A stretch of DNA of 64,000 nt from Bacilli bacterium (GCA_050953065.1 JBMNLZ010000001.1:64001-128000), one strand, 5' to 3'; shown: positions 47,915 through 59,584, counted from the stretch's first letter. Notes: generated by a model from the letters alone, not told the origin. Numbers and translations are program-made.

Positions 47915-48486
47915 AAAGCATAGAAAAAATTATTTATAATAAATTTAAAAATAAAGAAGACGGGATTAAAAGATATAATCATTCGCTTGGTGTGTATAAA
48001 GAAGCTAAAAAATTAGTTGAATTTTATAATTTTGATATTGATTTAGATAAATTAAAAATTGCGACTTTATTACATGATTATGCTAAGTTTGAGACTTTAG
48101 ATACTTTTAAAAAAATTATTATTGATGAAGGGTTAGAAGAAATTGATTTACTTAAGAATCAAAAGTTATTACATTCTATACTAGGGCCATATCTAATAAA
48201 AAAAGATTTAAATGTTTTAGATGAAGAGATTTTAAACGCGGTAAGATTCCATACAACGGGAAGAGCGAATATGAGTCTGTTAGAAGAACTAGTTTTTTTA
48301 GCTGATTACATAGAAGAAAACAGAAAAGGACAACTTTTTGAAGAACTTAGAAAAACTGCTTATACAGATTTTAAAAAAGCGATTGCTTTAGAATTTGAAT
48401 ATTTAATTAAAAAATTAATGGCTAAAAATGAAACTATTGACAATAACACAATCGAAGGATATAATTTTTCCAAAAAACACCTATAG
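47911..48486 (+). CDS. yqeK: HD-domain Ap4A hydrolase YqeK
   Basis: RYNHSLGV, LLHDYAK, HTTG, FLADYIE. Confidence 0.92.
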   Translation: MKSIEKIIYNKFKNKEDGIKRYNHSLGVYKEAKKLVEFYNFDIDLDKLKIATLLHDYAKFETLDTFKKIIIDEGLEEIDLLKNQKLLHSILGPYLIKKDLNVLDEEILNAVRFHTTGRANMSLLEELVFLADYIEENRKGQLFEELRKTAYTDFKKAIALEFEYLIKKLMAKNETIDNNTIEGYNFSKKHL

Positions 48487-48494
48487 GAGGTACA

Positions 48495-48836
48495 ATGGAA
48501 AAATTAAAAAAAATTATTGATACTATTAATAAAACAAATATTAAAAACATAAAAGTTTATGAAACATCTTCAATTACGCCTTTTTATGATTATGCAATTA
48601 TAGCAACTGCTACTTCAAGTAGACAGTTAAAAGCGACTGTTGAACATATAAAAAAAGAAAGTGCGAAAGAAAATTACACTATAAGAAGCGTAGAAGGTGT
48701 AAGTGGTGGCACATGGGTCTTGATAGATTTAAATGATATTTTAATCAATGTATTTTTATCTGATGAGCGTGAAAAATATGCATTAGATAAAATGTGGTCT
48801 GATTTACCACAAGTTAAGGTGGAAGAAGATGAATAA
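48495..48836 (+). CDS. rsfS: Ribosome silencing factor
   Basis: SSRQL, WVLIDLND, ERE.YALDKMW. Confidence 0.92.
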   Translation: MEKLKKIIDTINKTNIKNIKVYETSSITPFYDYAIIATATSSRQLKATVEHIKKESAKENYTIRSVEGVSGGTWVLIDLNDILINVFLSDEREKYALDKMWSDLPQVKVEEDE

Positions 48837-49728
48837 AATTGAAAAATCAGTAGGGATTGATTTGGGAGGTACTGAAATAAAGATTGGTTTTTTTGAAAAC
48901 GAAAAATTAATTTATGATAAACAGATACCTACAAATATAACTGCAAACGGAAAGTATATCGTTTCTGATATTATTCAAGCTGTAGAATCTATATATAAAG
49001 CGAATGAAATTGAATATTTAGGAATTGCTGTTCCGGGACCTGTTTTAAAAGGAATTGTTTATGGCGCTCATAATTTAGGGTGGGATGAAATAAATTTAAA
49101 AGAAAAATTACAAAAGCATTATACGAAAAGTAATATATCGGTTTTAAATGATGCTAATGCAGCTTGCTTTGGTGAGTTTACATTAATACCAATTGGATTT
49201 AAAGATGTTTTGTTGATTACTTTAGGTACCGGGATAGGTTCTGGTATTATTATAAATAGAGAATTATATTCTGGGTCTTCTGGATCTGCAGGCGAGTTTG
49301 GACATATAAAAGTTGCCGATGGCAACAAACGCAAATGTAATTGTGGGTTGTATGACTGTGTAGAAAGATATGCTAGTGCTACTGGAATTCAAATAAGCGC
49401 GGTTGAAAATGGCTTGAATAAGGGGGTTTCTTGTAAAGAAGTATTCGACTTAGCTAAAGCAGGAGATGAAAGAGCTATCAAAGCTATAGATTTAATGATC
49501 GAAAAGTTGGCAATTGCTTTAGCAGCAACAGCCAATGTACTAAATCCTGACTGCATCATTTTTGGGGGTGGCGTTTCTAAATCAAGTGATTATTTTTTAG
49601 ATAAATTGAAAGAAGAATTTAATAAATATACTTTTAGAACTAATAAAAAAGTAAATTTTAAAACAGCGAAATTAGGTAATAAGGCTGGCATAATTGGAGC
49701 TATGTTAGCTGCAAAACAAAAAATATGA
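48829..49728 (+). CDS. glcK: ROK-family glucokinase
   Basis: GIDLGGT, NDANAA, TLGTGIG, GEFGH, CNCG...C zinc site. Confidence 0.85.
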   Translation: MNKIEKSVGIDLGGTEIKIGFFENEKLIYDKQIPTNITANGKYIVSDIIQAVESIYKANEIEYLGIAVPGPVLKGIVYGAHNLGWDEINLKEKLQKHYTKSNISVLNDANAACFGEFTLIPIGFKDVLLITLGTGIGSGIIINRELYSGSSGSAGEFGHIKVADGNKRKCNCGLYDCVERYASATGIQISAVENGLNKGVSCKEVFDLAKAGDERAIKAIDLMIEKLAIALAATANVLNPDCIIFGGGVSKSSDYFLDKLKEEFNKYTFRTNKKVNFKTAKLGNKAGIIGAMLAAKQKI

Positions 49729-50357
49729 TAAAAGTTTATAAAATAGTTAACAGGAGTTATGACTCTAACTGCTATATAGTCACTAAGCAAAAACAGTTTA
49801 TAATAATAGACCCTTGTGTAGAAAAAGATTTATTAAAAGATTTCTTTGAAAAAAAAGAATGTGTAGGAATATTTTTAACTCATGGACATTATGATCACTT
49901 TTGTAGTATTGAAACATATGCTTTAGAAAAGACTTGTTATTATATGCATAAAGAGGCTGTTTCTAAAATTTTAGATTTAAATAAGAGTTATGGAAAGTTT
50001 TTTAATATCAATAATAATGTAAATATTGATTTAAAAAAGGTTAAATTTTTAAAAGAAGAAAAGATTAAGATAGCTAATTTTGAAATTGATGTGTTAGAAG
50101 TGCCTGGTCATACTAATTGCTGCTTGTGTTTTATGATAGAAGATAACTTATTTACTGGTGATACTTTATTCAAAGAAAGTATTGGTCGTACTGATTTATA
50201 CTCTGCTAATTTTAAAGATATGCAAAAAAGCTTGCAAAAGCTTGTAATGTTACCTAAACATTTAGTTGTTTATCCGGGGCATTATGAAAAAACTTCTATA
50301 TCTGATGAATTAAATAACAATGTTTTTTTAAAAAGAGTTAGTAGAAGACTTAATTAG
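49725..50357 (+). CDS. Metallo-beta-lactamase-fold hydrolase (glyoxalase II-like)
   Basis: THGHYDH, PGHT, FTGDTLF, YPGH. Confidence 0.9.
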   Translation: MIKVYKIVNRSYDSNCYIVTKQKQFIIIDPCVEKDLLKDFFEKKECVGIFLTHGHYDHFCSIETYALEKTCYYMHKEAVSKILDLNKSYGKFFNINNNVNIDLKKVKFLKEEKIKIANFEIDVLEVPGHTNCCLCFMIEDNLFTGDTLFKESIGRTDLYSANFKDMQKSLQKLVMLPKHLVVYPGHYEKTSISDELNNNVFLKRVSRRLN

Positions 50358-50407
50358 ATAAAAATTATTATTTATATGTACAGTTTTAAAATATAAAACT
50401 GATAATA

Positions 50408-50456
50408 TAAAAACATTGAAAAAAGCGTTTTATTGACGCTTTTTTCAATGTTTTTA
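50408..50456. terminator. Long perfect hairpin, probable terminator upstream of the heat-shock operon
   Basis: 21-bp inverted repeat TAAAAACATTGAAAAAAGCGT / ACGCTTTTTTCAATGTTTTTA with a 7-nt loop. Confidence 0.75.
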
Positions 50457-50524
50457 GCACTTATTTCTTGACAATGCTAAAATACTATAGTATAATATTA
50501 GCAGTTAGATACTTAAAGTGCTAA
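50454..50524 (+). promoter_or_regulatory. Tandem CIRCE operators and SigA promoter of the hrcA operon
   Basis: TTAGCACTT-N9-CAATGCTAA (50454-50480) and TTAGCAGTT-N9-AAGTGCTAA (50498-50524); TTGACA(50468)-17nt-TATAAT(50491). Confidence 0.92.
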
Positions 50525-50535
50525 CGGAGGTAAGG

Positions 50536-51546
50536 ATGATTTCAAAACGTCAACAAATAATATTAAAAGCTATCGTTGAAGAATTTGTAAAAACTGCTGA
50601 ACCTGTTGGATCAAAGGTAATTTCAAAAATGAAAGGTTTAGAACTTTCTTCTGCGACTATTAGAAATGAAATGGTCGTTTTGGAAGAAGAAGGTTTAATT
50701 TTAAAAACACATACATCAAGTGGCAGAGTGCCTTCTGAAAAAGGTTATCGTTTATATGTTAAATTACTTTTAGAAAATAAAGATTATAAAAAAACAACCT
50801 TTCCTATAATAGATCAAATTTTTACAAACGCTAATATTAGTAGAGAAGATGCTATTAAAGAAACAATGGCTAAAGTGACGGAATTGACCAATTATACAAC
50901 GCTAGTATTAGGAGCTTCTGGCTATAACTCGATAATTAAAAAATTAGAATTTATAAAAATAAACGAAAACCAAGCTGTTTTAATTTTAGTAACAGATAAA
51001 GGCTATGTAGAAAGCAAAAAAATATATATTCCAGATTCTTTAAATGCTACTGATTTAGAAAAAATCACCAAAATATTAAATGAGATTTTGTATGATTGTC
51101 CTATATTTGATATAGATAGAACATTAAATAAAAAAATTGGTGAAGAAAGTATCAGAAATGCACTAGAATATTATGATGAAATAGTTGGCGTTTTAGTAAG
51201 AACATTTACACAAATGGCTCAGGATAAATATTTTTTATCGGGTCAAAGTAATATATTAAAAGAACCGGAATTTAAAGATCCTGATAAAATGAAATTATTA
51301 TTAGACGCAATTGAAAACCAAGAGATTTTACGCGTAGTGAATTTGAACGAAGATGGTGTTACTGTAAAAATAGGGACAGAAAATATTATTGAAGCAATGC
51401 ATGATTGTACCGTTATAACTATTCCTTTTGAAGATAATGAGGGAGAAAAAGGAGCAATTGCAGTAATTGGTCCAACTAGAATGGAATATTATAAAATTAT
51501 CCCATTATTAGAATACATTGCAAAAAATATAAAAAATATAAAGTGA
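50536..51546 (+). CDS. hrcA: Heat-inducible transcription repressor HrcA
   Basis: EPVGSK, SSATIRNEM, HTSSGRVPS, IGPTRMEY. Confidence 0.97.
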   Translation: MISKRQQIILKAIVEEFVKTAEPVGSKVISKMKGLELSSATIRNEMVVLEEEGLILKTHTSSGRVPSEKGYRLYVKLLLENKDYKKTTFPIIDQIFTNANISREDAIKETMAKVTELTNYTTLVLGASGYNSIIKKLEFIKINENQAVLILVTDKGYVESKKIYIPDSLNATDLEKITKILNEILYDCPIFDIDRTLNKKIGEESIRNALEYYDEIVGVLVRTFTQMAQDKYFLSGQSNILKEPEFKDPDKMKLLLDAIENQEILRVVNLNEDGVTVKIGTENIIEAMHDCTVITIPFEDNEGEKGAIAVIGPTRMEYYKIIPLLEYIAKNIKNIK

Positions 51547-51553
51547 GGCAACT

Positions 51554-52105
51554 ATGAAAAAAGAAAAGAAGTTTAATGAAGAAGTTGATGCAGTTAATGA
51601 ATCGGAAAGTTTAGATGATAAATGTGAAGACGTTAATGTGATTGCTCAATTAGAAGAAGAATTATCTAAAACAAAAAATGATTATTTTAAAGTTTTAGCT
51701 GAAATGGAGAATTTTAAAAAAAGAACTAATGAAGAAAGGATACGAGAAAGAAAATATGCCTCTCAAGGATTAATTGAAAAATTGATAGGTATTATAGATG
51801 TTTTTGATCAAGTATATAGTATTAAAACTGACGATGAAAAAGTTAAAAACTTTTTAAACGGTTTTATTATGTTAAACAATTCTTTTAAACAAATTCTTGA
51901 AGAAGAAGGAGTTAAGGAAATAGTTTCAAAAAATCAGGTTTTTGATCCAAGATATCATGATGCTATTGAAACTGATTGTGATATAAATTGTGAAGATAAT
52001 CTTGTATTGGAAGAATTAAGAAAAGGATATATGTTTAAAGATAGAGTGTTAAGACCATCAATGGTAAAAGTAAATAAAGTAATTAAGGAGGAAAATAATG
52101 AGTAA
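51554..52105 (+). CDS. grpE: Nucleotide exchange factor GrpE
   Basis: [34 protein letters not shown]. Confidence 0.97.
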   Translation: MKKEKKFNEEVDAVNESESLDDKCEDVNVIAQLEEELSKTKNDYFKVLAEMENFKKRTNEERIRERKYASQGLIEKLIGIIDVFDQVYSIKTDDEKVKNFLNGFIMLNNSFKQILEEEGVKEIVSKNQVFDPRYHDAIETDCDINCEDNLVLEELRKGYMFKDRVLRPSMVKVNKVIKEENNE

Positions 52106-53927
52106 AATAATAGGAATTGATTTTGGAACTACAAATTCATGTGTAGCTGTTATGGAAGGCAGCGAAGCAAAAGTTATAGCTAATGCTGAGGGGGGAAGAA
52201 CTACTCCGTCAGTTGTAGCTTTTAAAGATGATGAAATACAAGTTGGAGATATAGCTAAAAGACAAGCAATAACTAATTTAAACACTGTTTCATCTATTAA
52301 AAGAATGATTGGCTCAAACGAAAGTGTCAATATTAATGGTAAAAAATATACACCACAAGAAATTTCTGCGATGATTATGCAAAATTTAAAAGCAACTGCA
52401 GAAAGTTATTTAGGTGAAAAAGTAAGTGCTGCTGTTATTACAGTACCAGCTTATTTTAATGATGCACAAAGACAAGCTACTAAGGACGCAGGACGAATTG
52501 CTGGACTTGAAGTTAAAAGAATTATTAACGAGCCAACTGCTGCTGCATTAGCTTATGGTATTGATAAAACTGATAAAGCTCAAACTATTTTAGTTTATGA
52601 TTTAGGGGGAGGAACTTTTGATGTTTCGATACTACAATTAGATGATGGTACTTTTGAAGTTATATCAACTGCTGGTGAAAACAAATTAGGTGGAGATGAC
52701 TTTGATGATGTAGTAATGAATTATTTGATTGCTGAATTTAAGAAGATAGAAGGTATTGATTTAAGTAAAGATAAAATGGCTTTACAAAGATTAAAAGATG
52801 CTTCAGAAAGAGCGAAAAAAGAACTAAGTGGGACTGTAAAAACAGAAGTTAGTTTACCGTTTATTTCGGTTGGTGTTAATGGACCTGTTCATTTAAATAT
52901 TTCTTTAACAAGAGCTAAATTTGATGAGTTAACTGCTCATTTAGTAGAAAAAACAATTGGTCCTGTTAGACAAGCTTTAAAAGATGCTAAAATGACACCA
53001 AAAGATATTGATCAAGTTTTATTAGTTGGTGGATCTACAAGAATTCCTGCTGTTCAAGAATTAATCAAAAAAGAACTAGGTAAAGAACCAAATAAAAGTG
53101 TAAATCCAGATGAAGTAGTTGCGATGGGTGCGGCGATCCAAGCAGGTGTTTTAAGTGGTGATGTAAAAGATATACTTTTATTAGATGTAACACCATTATC
53201 ATTAGGAATAGAAACTTTAGGTGGTGTGTTTACAAAATTAATTGAAAGAAATACAACTATTCCAGTTTCAAAGTCACAAGTTTTCTCAACAGCTTCGGAT
53301 AATCAACCTGCTGTAGATATTCATGTTTTACAAGGTGAAAGACCAATGGCTGCTAATAATAAAACATTAGGAAGATTTCAATTAGGTGATATTCCGCCTG
53401 CACCAAGAGGGGTACCTCAAATAGAAGTTACTTTTGACATTGATGTTAATGGAATTGTTAACGTTAGTGCAAAAGATTTAGGCACTGGAAAGAGTCAAAA
53501 GATTACAATTCAAGATAATACAGGTCTTAGCGAAGCTGAAATTGAAAGAATGGTAAAAGAAGCTGAAGATAATGCTGAAGCAGATAAAGCACGTAAAGAT
53601 GAAGCTGATTTAAGAAATGAAAGTGAACAAATAATATTTGCTACTAAAAAAGCTTTAACTGATTTAGAAAAAGAAATAACAGCTGAAGAAAAAGCAGAAG
53701 TTGAAAATAAAATATCTAAATTAGAAGAAGCACTAAAAAATTCTGATTTAGATTCAATTAAAAATGCTAAAGAAGAATTAATTAAGGCAAGTCAAGGAAT
53801 TGCTACTAAAGCATATCAAAAAGCTCAACAAACAGCCCAAGCAAATGGCGCTAGTAATTCAAATGAAGAAGATGATGGAGCTGTTAAGGGTGAATTTGTA
53901 GAAGAAGATGAAAATGAAAATCAATAG
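52098..53927 (+). CDS. dnaK: Chaperone DnaK
   Basis: [32 protein letters not shown]. Confidence 0.99.
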   Translation: MSKIIGIDFGTTNSCVAVMEGSEAKVIANAEGGRTTPSVVAFKDDEIQVGDIAKRQAITNLNTVSSIKRMIGSNESVNINGKKYTPQEISAMIMQNLKATAESYLGEKVSAAVITVPAYFNDAQRQATKDAGRIAGLEVKRIINEPTAAALAYGIDKTDKAQTILVYDLGGGTFDVSILQLDDGTFEVISTAGENKLGGDDFDDVVMNYLIAEFKKIEGIDLSKDKMALQRLKDASERAKKELSGTVKTEVSLPFISVGVNGPVHLNISLTRAKFDELTAHLVEKTIGPVRQALKDAKMTPKDIDQVLLVGGSTRIPAVQELIKKELGKEPNKSVNPDEVVAMGAAIQAGVLSGDVKDILLLDVTPLSLGIETLGGVFTKLIERNTTIPVSKSQVFSTASDNQPAVDIHVLQGERPMAANNKTLGRFQLGDIPPAPRGVPQIEVTFDIDVNGIVNVSAKDLGTGKSQKITIQDNTGLSEAEIERMVKEAEDNAEADKARKDEADLRNESEQIIFATKKALTDLEKEITAEEKAEVENKISKLEEALKNSDLDSIKNAKEELIKASQGIATKAYQKAQQTAQANGASNSNEEDDGAVKGEFVEEDENENQ

Positions 53928-53942
53928 AAAGGCTAAAAAAAT

Positions 53943-55055
53943 ATGGCCAAAAGAGATTATTATGAGGTTTTAGGTGTAAAGAAAAATGCTTCTGAAGAAG
54001 AAATTAAAAAAGCGTATAGAACGCTTGCAAAAAAATATCATCCAGATGTAAGCAACAATCCTAAAGCTTCTGAGTTATTTAAAGAAGTTAATGAAGCTTA
54101 TGAAGTATTAAAAGATCCACAAAAAAGAGCACAGTATGATCAGTTTGGTCATGATGGTCCAAAAATGGGAAGTGGTTTTGGCTCTGGATTTGAAGGCTTT
54201 GGAAACTTTGGCGGTTTTGAAGATTTATTTTCATCATTTTTTGGTGGTGGTAGTAGATCAAGAGCAAGTTCAAGTGGCCCAAGAAGAGGAAGAGACTTGC
54301 GTGTCAATCTTGTAATATCTTTTGAAGAGGCAGCTTTTGGTATCGAAAAAGAAATTAGTATAACTAAGTTAGAAACTTGTACGGATTGTAGTGGTACTGG
54401 TGCTGAATCAAAAAACGATGTAGAAACTTGTCAAAGATGTAAGGGGTCTGGAAAAATTTTAAATACACAAAATACGATTTTTGGAAAAGTTCAAACTGAA
54501 ACAAGTTGTCCTGAATGTAATGGAACGGGGAAAAAGATTAAAAGAGCATGTAAAAAATGTAATGGTGCTGGAAGAGTTAAAAACACTCCAAAAATTAAAA
54601 TTAAAATCCCAGCAGGAATAGATGATGGGCAAACAATTAGATTTCCAAATTATGGTGAAGCAGGTCCAAATGGAGGACCTAATGGCGATTTATTAGTTAG
54701 CGTTTCTGTTCAAAATCATGAATTTTTTATGAGAGAAGGTTTAAATATTTTCTTAGAATTACCGATAACTTTTTCTCAAGCGGCTTTAGGAACAAATATT
54801 TCTGTTCCGACTATACATGGTAATGTTATTTTAAAAATTCCAGCTGGTACGCAAACAGGTGCAAAGTTTAGAATTAGTGGAAAAGGTATAAGTAGCGAAA
54901 GATCTGGAACACAAGGGCATCAATATGTAATAGTTAACATTAAAACTCCTACAAAACTTTCAAATGAACAAAAAGAACTATTTACTAAATTGTCAAAAAC
55001 AGATGAAACAAGCGACAGTTTTTTTACAAAGTTTAAAAACTTTTTTAAATCATAA
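53943..55055 (+). CDS. dnaJ: Chaperone DnaJ
   Basis: HPD J-domain, G/F region, four CxxCxGxG repeats. Confidence 0.99.
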   Translation: MAKRDYYEVLGVKKNASEEEIKKAYRTLAKKYHPDVSNNPKASELFKEVNEAYEVLKDPQKRAQYDQFGHDGPKMGSGFGSGFEGFGNFGGFEDLFSSFFGGGSRSRASSSGPRRGRDLRVNLVISFEEAAFGIEKEISITKLETCTDCSGTGAESKNDVETCQRCKGSGKILNTQNTIFGKVQTETSCPECNGTGKKIKRACKKCNGAGRVKNTPKIKIKIPAGIDDGQTIRFPNYGEAGPNGGPNGDLLVSVSVQNHEFFMREGLNIFLELPITFSQAALGTNISVPTIHGNVILKIPAGTQTGAKFRISGKGISSERSGTQGHQYVIVNIKTPTKLSNEQKELFTKLSKTDETSDSFFTKFKNFFKS

Positions 55056-55086
55056 AAATAAGCTCAGAAATGAGCTTATTTATTTT
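55056..55086 (+). terminator. Intrinsic terminator
   Basis: AAATAAGCTCA-GAAA-TGAGCTTATTT. Confidence 0.85.
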
Positions 55087-55140
55087 AATTGAAAAAAAAC
55101 TGTGATTAAGTTATAATAATATAGATAGTGAGAGGTTATT

Positions 55141-55887
55141 ATGCAAAGATATTTTATTAATGAAGAAGATTTTTTTGAAACACATGCTTATATAAAAGGA
55201 CAAGATGTCCATCATATAAGAAATGTTATGAGAATGAAAGAAAATGATTATATAAATATAGTTTTGAATTCAAAAGAATATAATTCGAAAATAGAAAGAA
55301 TTGAAAAAGATTTGGTTGAAGTTATTATAATTAAAGAAATTGAAAATGATAGTGAATTAAAAACTAAAATAACAATTGCTCATGGTTTAGTAAGAAAAGA
55401 AAAAATGGATTTAGTAGTTAAAATTATTTCTGAAATTGGAGTTTATGCCTATTACCCAGTTCTAATGCAAAGAATAAACGTAAAATTTGACAGAAATAAA
55501 GAATTTAAAATGGATAGATATAAAACAATTGCAAAAGAAGCTTCGGAATTATCAAATAGAACTGAAATTACTAAGATTTTTCAGCCAATATCCTTTGATC
55601 AATTAATTGGAAAATCAGTTTTCTTTGATCTTTGTTTAGTAGCTTATGAAAACGAAACTAATTATGATGCTTTTAAAAACATACTAGATGAGTTCAAAGG
55701 CAAAAACATACTCATAGTAATTGGTCCTGAAGGTGGATTTGATGAAAAAGAAGTTACTGTATTAAAAAATAATAATTTCAAATTTGTTAGTTTAGGGAAA
55801 AGAATTTTAAGTACGGTTTCTGCTCCAATTGTTGCTGCTAGTATACTTTCATTTTATTTAGAAAATGGTAAAAAAAATGAAGATTAA
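55141..55887 (+). CDS. rsmE: 16S rRNA m3U1498 methyltransferase RsmE (motif-divergent)
   Basis: MQRYF, HHIRNVMRM, IGPEGGF, SLGKRIL; dnaJ-rsmE-mtaB synteny. Confidence 0.85.
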   Translation: MQRYFINEEDFFETHAYIKGQDVHHIRNVMRMKENDYINIVLNSKEYNSKIERIEKDLVEVIIIKEIENDSELKTKITIAHGLVRKEKMDLVVKIISEIGVYAYYPVLMQRINVKFDRNKEFKMDRYKTIAKEASELSNRTEITKIFQPISFDQLIGKSVFFDLCLVAYENETNYDAFKNILDEFKGKNILIVIGPEGGFDEKEVTVLKNNNFKFVSLGKRILSTVSAPIVAASILSFYLENGKKNED

Positions 55888-57184
55888 TTATTCTTCTTTA
55901 GGTTGTAAAGTAAATCTATATGAATGTGAAGCTTTAATAAATGTTTTTTTAAAAAACAATTTTGTTTTAAGTGAAAGTCAATTTAACAATGATGTTTATA
56001 TTGTTAATACTTGTTGTGTGACCAACAATTCTGAAATGAAAAGCAGAAAACTTATAAGACAAATTATTAAAAATAACCCTAATGCAATAATTGTAGTTAT
56101 GGGATGTTATTCGCAAATCAAACCAGATGAAATTGCAAAAATTGATAATGTTGATTTGATATTTGGTACAAATAATCGAAGCAAGATATTTGAAGAGGTT
56201 CAAAAAATCTTAGTTAATAAACAAGTTTTAAAACAAAATATTTCTAATATAAAAGATTTTAATAAATATGAGCTTTTAAAAATAGACAAGTTTATTGATA
56301 GAACAAGAGCTTTTGTAAAAATAGAAGATGGTTGTGAAAATTTTTGTAGTTATTGTATAATTCCTTATACGAGAGGGAAAATAAAAAGTCGTTGTCCAAA
56401 AGAAGTAATAGAAGAAGTTAGAAGATTGACACAAAATGGTATAAAAGAAATAGTTTTAATAGGTATTAATACAGGATGTTATGGCGATGATTTAGGTAAT
56501 ATATCCTTAGAATTATTAATAAAAAGAATTATAACTGAGATTCCAGGAGAGTATAGATTAAGAATTTCATCTATTGAGATAACTAAAATTACAGATGGTC
56601 TAATTAATCTAATGAAAACTTATCCTAAAAAAATATGTAATCATTTACATATTCCATTACAATCTGGAAATGAAAGAATTTTAGAGTTGATGAATCGAAA
56701 ATATGATTTTGCTTTTTTTGAAAATAAAATTTTTGAAATTAGAAAAAATTTACCTAACATTAATATAACTACGGATATTATTGTAGGTTTTCCTACAGAA
56801 ACAAATGAAGAGTTTTTAGATACATATAATAAAACTATTAGATTGAAGTTTGGTGAAATGCATGTTTTTATTTTTTCTAAACGTAAAGGCACTAAGGCAG
56901 CTTTGCTTGAATATAATTTAAATTCAATTGAGATTAAGCAAAGATCAAAAAAAATAATTGAATTGTCAAAAAAAATGGCCTTGGATTATCGAAAAGAATG
57001 TAAGGATACTGTCTATAATGTTTTAATAGAAAAAATTATAGATAATAAATGTATAGGACATACAGAAAATTATTTGTTAACTGAATTTAAAAATAATAAT
57101 TTTAAAATTAATCAAATTGTACAGATTAAAATAAAAGAAGCGTCTTATCCGATTTCTAAGGGAGAAAGTTATGAAATTCACTGA
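55877..57184 (+). CDS. mtaB: tRNA ms2t6A methylthiotransferase MtaB
   Basis: LGCKVN, NTCCVT, GCYSQ, CENFCSYC radical SAM motif, HIPLQSG. Confidence 0.92.
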   Translation: MKINYSSLGCKVNLYECEALINVFLKNNFVLSESQFNNDVYIVNTCCVTNNSEMKSRKLIRQIIKNNPNAIIVVMGCYSQIKPDEIAKIDNVDLIFGTNNRSKIFEEVQKILVNKQVLKQNISNIKDFNKYELLKIDKFIDRTRAFVKIEDGCENFCSYCIIPYTRGKIKSRCPKEVIEEVRRLTQNGIKEIVLIGINTGCYGDDLGNISLELLIKRIITEIPGEYRLRISSIEITKITDGLINLMKTYPKKICNHLHIPLQSGNERILELMNRKYDFAFFENKIFEIRKNLPNINITTDIIVGFPTETNEEFLDTYNKTIRLKFGEMHVFIFSKRKGTKAALLEYNLNSIEIKQRSKKIIELSKKMALDYRKECKDTVYNVLIEKIIDNKCIGHTENYLLTEFKNNNFKINQIVQIKIKEASYPISKGESYEIH

Positions 57185-58493
57185 ATTAAAATTAAAGAAT
57201 GAAATTATTTCAGCTCTTGAAGGTATAAATTTTTATGAATTAACCGAAATTCAAGAAAAAATAATTCCTCAAGCATTAAAAGGAGTTAGTTTAATTGGAA
57301 AAAGTGAAACAGGAAGTGGCAAAACACATTCATTTTTAATACCTATTTTAGAAAAAAATATTGATAATCTTGAAGAAGTTCAATCTTTAATTATCGTTCC
57401 AACTAGGGAGTTGGCGTTGCAAATTTTTAATGAAATACAAAAAATAATTAGAGATTACAAAGTTAAACCGTTTGTAAAAACGTATATTGGTGGGGGTGAT
57501 CGCAGTAGTGAAATAGAAGAATTGAATAAAAAAGTTCCTAATATAATAATAGGAACTATTGGAAAACTTAAAGATTTAGTAACTGATAATAATTTAATAA
57601 ATATTTATACTGTTAAAACATTAGTAATCGATGAAGCTGATATGGTTTTTGAAAACGATAATATTGAATCTTTAGATTTAATTTTATCTAGAATGTCCAA
57701 TGATTTTCAAATTTTAATTTTTTCTGCAACTATTTCTAAACAAATTATTGCTTTTACAAATAAATATTTTAAAAAAATTGAAACTGTTGATTTAGTAAAA
57801 AATAAAATTTCAAAAAGTGAAATTAAACATTATTTTATTCCTGTTAAGAATTCAAATAAGTATGATTTATTATTAAATGTAATGAGTACGATTAATCCAT
57901 ATTTAGCTATTATATTTGCTAATACAAAAGAAGAAGTGAATAATGTATATGGTTTTTTAGTATCAAAAAAAGTAAGTGTAGCTTTATTAACTGGCGATTT
58001 AGAATCCAGAGAGAGAAGAAAACTTATAAAAAGGGTGCAAAATGGCGAATTTCAATACTTGGTAGCTAGTGATATTGCCTCGCGCGGAATTGATATTGAG
58101 GGAGTATCCCATATTATTAATTTTGAACTTCCTTCTGATATAGACTTCTATATTCATAGAACAGGGCGAACTGCTAGATATGATTCAAGTGGAATTGCGA
58201 TTTCGTTATATGATTTTTCTGACGATGTTTATATTAAAAAGTTAAATGAAAAAAAACTTGATTGTATATTTAAAGTTGTTAAAAGCGGAGTTTTAGTAGA
58301 TTATAAAAATCCGTTTGCAACAAAAGTTAGACAAAGAAAGTTTGAAAGTGAAATACATAGTAAATATCCAGTGCCTAAAAAAGTAAAGCCGAATTATAAA
58401 AAGAAACGTAAGGAAAAAATTAATCGTGAAATTAGAAAAGAAAAAAGACAGTTAATTGATAAAAAATATAAGTCAATAAATAATAAAAAATGA
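57171..58493 (+). CDS. cshB: DEAD-box RNA helicase (CshB-like)
   Basis: TGSGKT, PTRELA, DEAD, SAT, HRTGRTAR; basic tail 'PKKVKPNYKKK'. Confidence 0.85.
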   Translation: MKFTELKLKNEIISALEGINFYELTEIQEKIIPQALKGVSLIGKSETGSGKTHSFLIPILEKNIDNLEEVQSLIIVPTRELALQIFNEIQKIIRDYKVKPFVKTYIGGGDRSSEIEELNKKVPNIIIGTIGKLKDLVTDNNLINIYTVKTLVIDEADMVFENDNIESLDLILSRMSNDFQILIFSATISKQIIAFTNKYFKKIETVDLVKNKISKSEIKHYFIPVKNSNKYDLLLNVMSTINPYLAIIFANTKEEVNNVYGFLVSKKVSVALLTGDLESRERRKLIKRVQNGEFQYLVASDIASRGIDIEGVSHIINFELPSDIDFYIHRTGRTARYDSSGIAISLYDFSDDVYIKKLNEKKLDCIFKVVKSGVLVDYKNPFATKVRQRKFESEIHSKYPVPKKVKPNYKKKRKEKINREIRKEKRQLIDKKYKSINNKK

Positions 58494-58523
58494 TATTCAT
58501 ATTAAGTAAATGAATATCATTTT
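58486..58523. terminator. Bidirectional terminator
   Basis: AAAAATGATATTCAT / ATGAATATCATTTTT between convergent genes. Confidence 0.8.
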
Positions 58524-58527
58524 ATTT

Positions 58528-59577
58528 TTAAATCATTTTAATAATTTCATCTTTTAAAGTGTTTTCTATTTCATCCATAGTAAGTTTTTTAACGATTATA
58601 CCTTTTTTGAATAAAACAGCACAATTATCTCCACCTGCAATTCCTATATCAGCTTCTTTAGCTTCGCCAGGCCCATTTACCACACAACCCATTATAGCAA
58701 CTTTAATTTTAGTTCTAGGTAATGTATCTAAAAACTTTTCAATTGAATCAAGAATTTTTAGCATATCAAATTGAGTTCTACCGCAAGTAGGACAACTAAT
58801 CAATTCGTAACCTTGGATTAGATTCATATTTTTTAATATTTCTTTAGCAACTTTTACTTCGTATATTGGATTATGTGATAAGGATATTCGCAAAGTATCA
58901 CCTATTCCATAATTCAAAATAGAAGATATTCCGATTGTTGATTTTACACACCCATTTACTAAAGGTCCTGATTCAGTAATTCCTAAATGTAGGGGATAAG
59001 GAAAAATTTCGCTAGCTTTTTTATATGCTTCAATTGTTTGGTTGATATTAGATGATTTTAAAGAAATTATTATATTAAAAAAATTAAAAGATTCTAGAAT
59101 CTCGACATTTTTCTTAGCACTTTTAATCATTGCATCAGATATTGAAGTATTTTTATTTAGAATATTCTTTTCTAAAGAGCCTGCATTTATGCCAATTCGG
59201 ATTGGGATTTTTTTTTCTTTACACTTTTCAACTAATATTTTTATTTTAGTAACATCTCCAATATTACCAGGATTGATTCTTAGTTTGTCAATGCCGTTTT
59301 CAATAGCAATCAACGCTAACTTATAATCAAAATGAATATCAGCAACTAAAGGAATTGATATGTTTTGTTTTATTTCTTTAACTGCATTAGCATCAATTTC
59401 ATCTAGTATGGCTATTCTAACTATATCGCAACCTATAGATTGTAATTCTTTAATTTGTTCAATAGTTTTTTGTATATTTTTTGTAGGGGTATTTGTCATA
59501 CTTTGTATAGATATAGGGTTCCCCCCGCCTATTAAAATATTCCCAACTTTTATAACTCTAGTGTTTTCTCTTAGCAT
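58528..59577 (-). CDS. ispG: HMB-PP synthase (MEP pathway)
   Basis: IQSMTNT, VADIHFD, RINPGNIG, HLGITE, SCPTCGR, MGCVVNGPGEA. Confidence 0.97.
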   Translation of the reverse strand: MLRENTRVIKVGNILIGGGNPISIQSMTNTPTKNIQKTIEQIKELQSIGCDIVRIAILDEIDANAVKEIKQNISIPLVADIHFDYKLALIAIENGIDKLRINPGNIGDVTKIKILVEKCKEKKIPIRIGINAGSLEKNILNKNTSISDAMIKSAKKNVEILESFNFFNIIISLKSSNINQTIEAYKKASEIFPYPLHLGITESGPLVNGCVKSTIGISSILNYGIGDTLRISLSHNPIYEVKVAKEILKNMNLIQGYELISCPTCGRTQFDMLKILDSIEKFLDTLPRTKIKVAIMGCVVNGPGEAKEADIGIAGGDNCAVLFKKGIIVKKLTMDEIENTLKDEIIKMI

Positions 59578-59584
59578 TTAATCC

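Noticed and set aside
50408-50456. 21-bp inverted repeat as a MITE
   Set aside because: Single copy in the window, no target duplication, and positioned as an operon terminator
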